A DNA stretch of 64,000 nt. Source: Macrostomum lignano. Its lineage: Eukaryota. The stretch covers positions 1 to 64,000 of the forward strand of contig NIVC01003277.1 of NCBI GenBank assembly GCA_002269645.1, written 5' to 3'. The translations under genes were made by a program, and so were the position numbers. The stretch's first letter is position 1. Every line of letters starts with the position of its first letter. Shown piece by piece: positions 56,301 through 64,000 of this stretch. The notes under the pieces are model-generated. The model was not told the DNA's origin. It did no database searches and worked only from the letters and a program-made list of their open reading frames with translations.

Positions 56301-59300
56301 GTGATTTTACGATCACTTGCGTCTGGTGTTTGTTCTGCAGTTTTGCAGTTTCGCACAAGTCCTTTGAAAAAGCAGTTTGATAGGCGACGAGTCACCGAAG
56401 TGGTATGAATGTCCTTGTCTGGAAAGAAATATTCGGCGATAGCATTGAATATCTGTTGCACACGGGTTGCACAGCTTGGTGAATATGATGTGAAGCTAGC
56501 ATAACAAAGGCGCGAGAATTGGAAAAGCCATTCTGGTGGATGCGCTAGCTTTCCACGGGAAACAAGCTCCGTAAATTCGCATGGTTCATTTCGTGCTGCT
56601 TCTGCGTCAGCGGGAATTCCTTCCTTTGCTGCAACGTAGCCTAGGTAGTTAAAAGCAAAAAGATAAATGAAAGTAGATATATATACGAACATTATTATAC
56701 TCGTGCAAGAATACAAAATTGCTTGAAGAAGCAATTTGAAACTTACCTGAAATGTAATATAGGGCAGCATTCTCATGCGATGTCAAATTCTCCGCAGAAA
56801 TGCAGCAACTGTCGACTGTCCCCAATTCCTCATCTGATAGTTGACTGTCGCAGCAGTGGCTCTGTTGGTGACTGAAGTCGGACAATTCAAGCGATGTAAA
56901 GAGCTTCATTCGTCTCAGTCGGGCGCTAAGAAAAACTTGTTCGACTGAAATAAAATAGTTGCCTCCACTCATTTGGCGATAGACTCCGAATTCACCTTCT
57001 AAAGGATCAGTGTTGAATTCTGATAGCAGAACATACTGCATAGCACCGGTTTCCAGCAGTTGGTGACACTTTTCTACCACACCGAACAGACTGTTACATA
57101 ATGCGTTTTTGGTCTCGGTCGTAAGGCATTGATGTCGACTTCGTCCTCTACCACCGCCACGTTCAGACACAGCCTGTGCCAAGGCACTTAAGAATACTAA
57201 ACGTTCGTCCGAAATCGAGGAAATTGGCTTTCGATCAGGATCGTTCAGTCGTATGTGCAAATAAGGGTTGCGGCAATTAACTGTTTTCCAAAACTTAACA
57301 ATAGATTCTACAAACTTTGCAGTATCGTGGAATCCATCGCACGCAAGAGCAGCTACTACCTTGTCATCGAATACCTGCAGAGCAAGAGAAACACAGGTTT
57401 TCTGAATTCCATTTGGGTAGCATGCCCGTGAGTGAGATTTGTTCGTCTGACAACGTGGTTTTGTTCAGCCTTAAAGACATGAATGATGTGACTCCATTTC
57501 GCCGAAATGACTCTGTCGCATCCCGGAATTCGAAGTGCTATAGTCCCCTTCTGTTCAGTCTGCCAGTTGTTTCTTATCGATTTCAACAAGTGGACCATGT
57601 CATTGATCATAAAAAATTGACTAGTCTGATTGACGTCTCGTCCAATCCAATCCTTGTTTTGCTGCTGATCTCTGAACAAATTAAAACATTTTCTGTTAGT
57701 AGGATGATTGTCGCAAACCAAAGCGAAAACAGTACCACCATGCTTGTTGACCAACTCAATGCTTTGACTTAGTTGCTGTTTGAGAAATTCGGCTGTGAGT
57801 AGAAAAATTGGTATAAGGCGCAATATGAATGGTTTTCCACCCATTAGCGGCTTCAACATTATCGCCAGAATTGTCCGAGCAATTTTCGCCGAGTCGTCCT
57901 CCGCTTGTCCAAACAGATGTTTACATCTAAATCTGACAGATGGCTGCACGTACATCTCGTCAAATAGTAAAACGCAGTTCAGCTGGGTGCCGCGAAGTGC
58001 AGAAAAAACTGTTCGAATAGTTTCATCAGAATCGGCTGCAGTTCCAATCTCTCCAAGACCGGCCAAATTTGTACGGAGAGTTCTTTGATGTGGCAGTGGC
58101 AACAGAGTGCGAAGTTGAGAGTAAGCCGAACTGCTGATTAAATAGATAAGAGCTGACTGCCTTAGTGTGGCAATGTCGTACCGACGACTCACTGGACTTG
58201 TAGAAATTAGCTGTAGTTGTGAAATTAAAAACTGTATCGATGGATTCGTGATGACAGTATTTTCTAATTCCAACACTTGAAGAAATGACGACGACATCGC
58301 TTTCAACTCATGCTGAACAGACAGTTGAAAATTCATGCATCGAACGATAATGGCATCGAGTTGTGAAAAATACTTCAATGTAGGCTGGAATCCTAGCAGA
58401 TCTCTCAGCGGAACCGGCGAATGATAGTGAAAAGCACGAGTTGCAAAGTTGGACGAAATAAAAATCTTGATCTTTAGTTCTCCGCTCGAATCCAAACCAA
58501 ACAAATAAACTTCTTCATTGCATAACGATACAAACAGCGAATGTTGAGCAACGATGTCTGATGATTTGAGTGCAGAAACGAGCTCGCTCCAGCCTGGCAA
58601 ACTGTCGATTTTACGAAATTCTTCCAACTCGTCCGGTTTAAAATTTCTTTCGGCAGACAAAACGCGACGGACTTTTGGTTTTCTCGCTAATGCTAAAATT
58701 ATGGACGTAAGCAATGCGATGGAGAATCGTTTGTATGTTGGTAGCACAATACGTGTACAGTTTATGTATTGACAAATTCTCACATTTCGATTGAACAAAA
58801 CATGATAGGGGAATTGCAACGTCAAAGACGGACGGCGGGTCGACAGGTCGCTCATATCTGCTGCGTTTTATCATTGGCACTGATATTGGCCAGTGCTTCT
58901 CGCATACTGCCATATGCGGTGTTGGATCCTGTAGAATTATGAGCGGTGTGCTACAGAAACAAAACCTCGCAAAACTTGTCCTTCCGAACAAGAGAGACAA
59001 TGCACTGTCTCTCCAACTTGCCCAGCAGAGAGTAAAATCACGAATTTCATTATTACCAGTTTACTGCTCGACTCACCTTGATGAAATTTGGTAGAGCCAG
59101 TCGCCATTTTTCCTTCTCTATAGGATCGTTTGGGAAAGTAAAGACTTTAACAGAAGTTTTTTCGTTCAAATAGTTCGACTTGCATGATTGCACACAGCAT
59201 TTCCTTGGCATGAATGCGAAAAAACGCAAAGCAAAATTAGGAAGAGCAAATGAAAATTTCTGTCGTGTCGTGGCTACCCAGCCAAGTTAACTCACAGAGG

Positions 59301-62300
59301 AGTCCAAAGTTGACTATTTATTTGCATTCTATGGTATCAGTCCTTACCTTTTAGGCCATCACATAATACAAGCTTTCACTTCTTGCTTCAGTGTTTCCCA
59401 TAGACTTCTACAACAGATGCACTTGGCTTATCAAGCATCGAGTTTGTGTATTAAAGGGGTACTGTATAAAATGTCTCCTAGCATTTATCCGAAATTATTT
59501 GAGTAGAAACAGGCTACAGGAAGTTGAAGAGGGATAAATTTTGTGTACATAGTGAAAAGCTGAAGCTCTTGCGATAAAACATAAGACCAGCAGAGAACAG
59601 AGAAAATCGGCCTCCATCTTTTTTCTGCATGATTTGGCCGTTTCCCGTCCCGAGAATTGAGTAGTCCCTGCAGCAGCCATATACAGCAGTCATAGACAAC
59701 AGCCATATACAGCAACCATAGACAGCAGCCATAGACAGCAGCCATAGACAGCAGCCATAGACAGCAGCCATAGACAGCAGCCATAGACAATCTCTGCCAT
59801 AGACAGCAGCCATAGATAATCTCTGCCATAGACAGCAGCCATAGACAGCAGCCATAGACAACAGTCATAGACAACAGCCATATACAGCAACCATAGACAG
59901 CAGCCATAGACAGCAGCCATAGACAGCAGCCATAGACAGCAGCCATAGACAATCTCTGCCATAGACAGCAGCCATAGATAATCTCTGCCATAGACAACAG
60001 CCATAGATAATCTCTGCCATAGACAGCAGCCATATACAGCAACCATAGACAGCAGCCATAGACAGCAGCCATAGACAGTAGCCATAGACAGCAGCCATAG
60101 ACAATCTCTGCCATAGACAGCAGCCATATACAGCAGCCATAGACAACAGTCATAGACAACAGCCATATACAGCAACCATAGACAGCAGCCATAGACAGCA
60201 GTCATAGACAGCAGCCATAGACAATCTCTGCCATAGACAGCAGCCATAGATAATCTCTGCCATAGACAGCAGCCATAGACAGCAGCCATAGACAACAGTC
60301 ATAGACAACAGCCATATACAGCAACCATAGACAGCAGCCATAGACAGCAGCCATAGACAGCAGCCATAGACAGCAGCCATAGACAATCTCTGCCATAGAT
60401 AGCAGCCATAGATAATCTCTGCCATAGACAACAGCCATAGATAATCTCTGCCATAGACAGCAGCCATAGACAACAGCCATAGACAATCTCTGCCATAGAC
60501 AGCAGCCATAGATAATCTCTGCCATAGACAGCAGCCATAGACAATCTCTGCCATAGACAACAGCCATAGATAATCTCTGCCATAGACAGCAGCCATAGAC
60601 AATCTCTGCCATAGGCCGCAGCCATAGACAATCTCTGCCATAGACAGCAGCCATAGACAATCTCTGCCATAGACAGCAGCCATAGACAACAGCCATAGAC
60701 AATCTCTGCCATAGACAGCAGCCATAGACAACAGCCATAGACAATCTCTGCCATAGACAGCAGCCATAGACAATCTCTGCCATAGACAGCAGCCATAGAC
60801 AATCTCTGCCATAGACAGCAGCCATAGAAATCTCTGCCATAGACAGCAGCCATAGACAATCTCTGCCATAGACAGCAGCCATAGACAATCTCTGCCATAG
60901 GCCGCAGCCGTTGGAACTCTGCTGTAGAAAAATGCTTGATCCTACACTCTAAGCCTGAATCTGGGGTCAAAATCCTCCTGCTCTTTGAAAAAAAGCAAGA
61001 TAGAATATTTTCAAGTCTAATAGCCTGCCTCCCGAACTTTAATTTCTTGACCGAACTTTAGGAGAAAAAAGTTGCATATACTGTACGAGCTATTTATTGT
61101 AAAACTGTTAAATTACAGGGTTTATAGGCAAAGTTGATCACTCATGCCTAGCGCACAAGTAATAGAGTTAAGTCTGCATGCATCATCCCAATTTTGATTA
61201 GTACCTTGTGCAGGATACACGTGAGCTATTTGCTTCAATATCGCTAAACTCGTTAACGCAGTCGTATATTAGATAAAAATATCCATAGCCACTTCGTCTG
61301 CAGAGCTCTTTCATTCATCCCACCGCTGCCCACCAGATACATCCCGTTAGCCAAATGAATTATCCCCCCCTTACCTTTGTAGTGCTCTGAGTCTTGCGGT
61401 TGGGCAGAAGGGCCACGCGGCAGTAGGGGTTGACCGATCCGGTGGAGCTGTCCTTTGGCTGCAGGTCGATGGTCTGAATGATGCGCACAGTCAGGATGCC
61501 GGTGTCCTCCCGGTAGCTGAGAGAGAAATTCAGCTGGCCGAGGTTCTCCTCCTGGATGCTCTGGATGGCGCTGGTCTGATTGTACTGCAATTTGGAGGGC
61601 GATTCTCCGGAAATGGCTGATGACTGAAAGGTACTTCTGCTCAACATCCGGGTGCCGATTTGTCTCCCTCAGTTTTATTGTGTGCGCCACCATGCCCTGG
61701 CTCTACTGCAGCCATTCAACATTGAACTGTGTTTGATTCTTTCTGAAGTCAATGCAACCTTTGTTCTTCCTGAATGGCATGCGGTTTAGATATTCTGTTT
61801 ACGGATTTTCCCTGTGAATACGAGGGTTGTGTCAAAGGTTTCTGGCAAGGGAATGCAGCCCCATGGCGCAAGACTAAAATGAAGCCCATGATTTTCAGCC
61901 CTCGCAAACAACTCTTCCGGAACTTCTGACACAATCATTCTTTTCCCAGCAGCTTTTAATGCACCACACGGTACTTCATCTCATGACTTTTCAGGTAAAT
62001 CGTGCTTCGAAATAATTATGATATAATTCCCGAACAAATTCTAAGCTGGTACTGCTCACTCAGGCTCACTTTAAGGCTAAAGGGCGCAAAAAGTCTTCCA
62101 AAAAGGGTGCTTTTTCCAGCCTCCCCCACCTGAGCCGTGCGCCTCCTTTTTCTCTTCTTAGCTTCTCCTGTGCTCGAGACCTGCAGCTCAGTGTGGCGCA
62201 CCGGCCCACCTTTTCTCCCTTTCGTTTCCTCCCGGCTCATGTTTGCTTTTGCTGCAAAGAAAACTTTCTTTCGAGGATCATGCAGTTGAAAGCAAAGGCG

Positions 62301-62876
62301 CTCTCTGAAATTCTATCTCCAGCTCTGACGGACTCTTTGCTTCAATCTGATAAGGGGCAGCCGTTAACGAATGAGGGATGAAAAACTGCAATGCTGTCTT
62401 CGCTAAGACAGATGCTTTGGAGATGCTCAAAGTAAATGAATGCCGCTTTGAGCAATTTTATGAGCAGTGTTCTGAGTATTGATTGCGGACTGGATTGTGA
62501 GCACTGATATCTGTTCATCCTATGCATTGCTATGAGAACTGCCGGTGAGCACTATGAGCACAGTCTGTGAGTACAATGAGCACTGCCGGTGAGCACTATG
62601 AGCACAGTCTGTGAGTACAATGAGCACTGCCCCGTGATCACTATGAGCACTGCCCTGTGAGCATCATCATGAGCCCGGCATCAAAGCCAAACTCACCACC
62701 TTGCTGTACAGATCCGCATTGATCTTCGAAGCGTCGATGGCGTCCTGCATGCTGGCTCTGCGTCGCTCCCTCCGATAGTCGCAACTGCCGCTCACCGCAA
62801 TGCAGCCTCCTCCGGCGCATCCTCCGATCGCCAGTTTTGATGCCGAAGAGGAGGCCGCTTCCTCGTTGGTTGCCAT
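53370..62876 (-). CDS. Synaptotagmin-like tandem C2A/C2B protein. Exons about 62876-62699, 61584-61375, 54762-54514, 54441-54321, 53698-53370.
   Basis: C2A: LGQLNFSLSY...GILTVRI...VNPYCRVALLP, KKTLRPEFEEAFIF, LEITVFDYD. C2B: GDLMFSLSFLSAAKRLGVSIIKARNL, NPVWEEALVF, GRVYLGP...QHW..ML....ARWHRL. GT-AG introns, phase-consistent. The 5' end is uncertain. Confidence 0.85.
55555..55611. repeat. Left remnant of the 13-bp CATAGACAGCAGC minisatellite split by the P-like element
   Basis: Same unit as 59671-60910. Confidence 0.9.
55612..59670 (-). mobile_element. Near-intact P-superfamily DNA transposon, 4059 bp, with identical 308-bp TIRs (long-TIR, Galileo-like architecture), in a synaptotagmin intron
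   Basis: TIRs 55612-55919 and 59363-59670 compared line by line with no mismatch; they begin CAGGG. 8-bp TSD CAGCAGCC (55604-55611 and 59671-59678). Encodes a THAP-DDE transposase. Confidence 0.95.
56273..59211 (-). CDS. P-element/THAP9-like transposase, 4 exons (59211-59077, 58928-58784, 58686-56747, 56640-56273), about 862 aa if one G is restored at 57425-57427
   Basis: THAP domain MPRKCCVQSC..FPND...KW...VCEKHW...PPSVF. LLFDEMYV, LVCDN, DMVHLLKSIRNNW and TDPLEGEFGVYRQMSGGNY are the P-transposase catalytic motifs. Three GT-AG introns of 148, 97 and 106 bp restore the frame. Confidence 0.9.
59671..60910. repeat. Intronic 13/16-bp minisatellite CATAGACAGCAGC / CATAGACAATCTCTGC, about 1.2 kb
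   Basis: Direct inspection. Confidence 0.97.
62530..62660. repeat. Short 44-bp tandem duplication, about 2.5 copies
   Basis: GCCGGTGAGCACTATGAGCACAGTCTGTGAGTACAATGAGCACT repeated. Confidence 0.85.
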
Positions 62877-62882
62877 GGAAAC
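62869..62882. promoter_or_regulatory. X-box (RFX) motif GTTGCCATGGAAAC at the 5' end of the synaptotagmin-like gene
   Basis: Matches GTHNYY-AT-RRNAAC. Overlaps the putative start codon. Confidence 0.4.
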
Positions 62883-63532
62883 GGGAGCAATCGCCTCGCC
62901 CCGCGACCAACCAGAGAGGACAGTGAGCGGTGGCCTGGCGGGTCGGGGAGGGACAGGCATGTCAGATCAGAGCACAGCTGTCCTTGCAAACAGCCAATGG
63001 GACCGCACCGCCTGCTTGTGTGAGTCCGAAGGCCGGCAAAGGAAACGGAGATTTGCTGCTCAAAAAGCATCTGTGCTATGCGGGACAGGCAGTGCAGAGG
63101 GAAAATGCAACAGACTAAAGCTGTTTTGGAATTTATGACTCCCTTCTCGTTGTGAATTCGGGTCTTCTGCTCTTGCTTAATTTAATTCCTTTTTTCTATC
63201 ATTTCCTGGCCGAAATCCCGGCGTTCTCTACGCTCGTACGAGGCGATTTCTCCCCCAGCTGCTGCTTTTATTTCTCAGAGCGAACGCAGAGGGATTGCCA
63301 GAATTTTTAGCTGAGCGTTATTTTCCTTGGATGATGTTGGAAAATGTCGAAGAATTTGCAAACGTCGATAAAAGACACTCTCCCTCGCCAACCCGAGTAA
63401 CACTTCGGGTCTCTTATCTCCTAACTGCGATTTGATGTTTGTCAGAGTTTGTCTACTAATTAGTAGAAAGTATAGAGTGTAGCGCTAAAAGCTTGCACGA
63501 CGGGCAAAGAAATATCGCCGTGTTTGTGAGCA

Positions 63533-64000
63533 GGGAGTTGTAGCCCAATGGAGGGGGTTGTAGCCCAATGGAGGGGGTTGTAGCCCAATGGAGGGGGTTG
63601 TAGCCCAATGGAGGGGGTTGTAGCCCAGTGGAGGGGGGTTGTAGCCCAGTGGAGGGGGTTGTAGCCCAGTGGAGGGGGGTTGTAGCCCAGTGGAGGGGGT
63701 TGTACCTCAGTGGAGGGTTGTAGCCCAGTGGAGGGGGTTGTAGCCCAGTGGAGGGGGTTGTACCTCAGTGGAGGGTTGTAGCCCAGTGGAGGGGGTTGTA
63801 GCCAGTGGAGGGGGGTTGTAGCCCAGTGGAGGGGGTTGTACCTCAGTGGAGGGTTGTAGCCCAGTGGAGGGGGTTGTAGCTCAGTGGAGGGGGGTTGTAG
63901 CCCAGTGGAGGGGGTTGTAGCCCAGTGGAGGGGGTTGTAGCTCAGTGGAGGGGGTTGTAGCCAGTGGAAGGGGATTGTAGACCAGTGGTTAAAGCATCGG
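63533..64000 (+). repeat. About 20-bp minisatellite (GGGGGTTGTAGCCCAGTGGA), about 23 copies, built from a tRNA/SINE-like 5' end containing a Pol III A-box; runs off the window
   Basis: Most units contain TAGC(C/T)CAGTGG, matching the A-box TRGCNNARYGG. The last unit continues GTGGTTAAAGCATCGG like a tRNA D-arm. Confidence 0.8.

Noticed and set aside
59485-60970. Cys-rich MAAVYGCCLWLLS ORFs resembling keratin-associated proteins
   Set aside because: Frames of the 13/16-bp minisatellite.

Overview
Eukaryotic (metazoan) genomic DNA, very rich in tandem repeats and transposons. The repeat landscape and gene style resemble the flatworm Macrostomum, but this is an inference I cannot confirm. Host genes: a failed-axon-connections/metaxin-like GST gene (+, 14.3-15.0 kb); a secreted C-type-lectin + PAN/apple protein (-, 16.2-17.9 kb); a 6-exon OATP/SLCO transporter (-, 20.8-27.3 kb); a 7-repeat protocadherin (+, 38.2 to about 50.2 kb); and a tandem-C2 synaptotagmin-like gene (-, 53.4-62.9 kb). 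Mobile elements: a decayed Gypsy pol region split by a 1.57-kb hAT deletion derivative (13-bp TIRs, 8-bp TSD); a 367-bp MITE; a 1.96-kb internally deleted P-superfamily (THAP) element; and a 4.06-kb P-superfamily element with identical 308-bp TIRs, an 8-bp TSD and a 4-exon THAP-DDE transposase broken only by one homopolymer frameshift. That last element is the standout feature. Almost every host intron holds its own unrelated minisatellite, and several arrays visibly arose from local sequence (a coding SYLS motif, a tRNA-like A-box). Most long ORFs in the supplied track are translations of tandem repeats. Several single-base frameshifts fall in homopolymers and may be sequencing errors.
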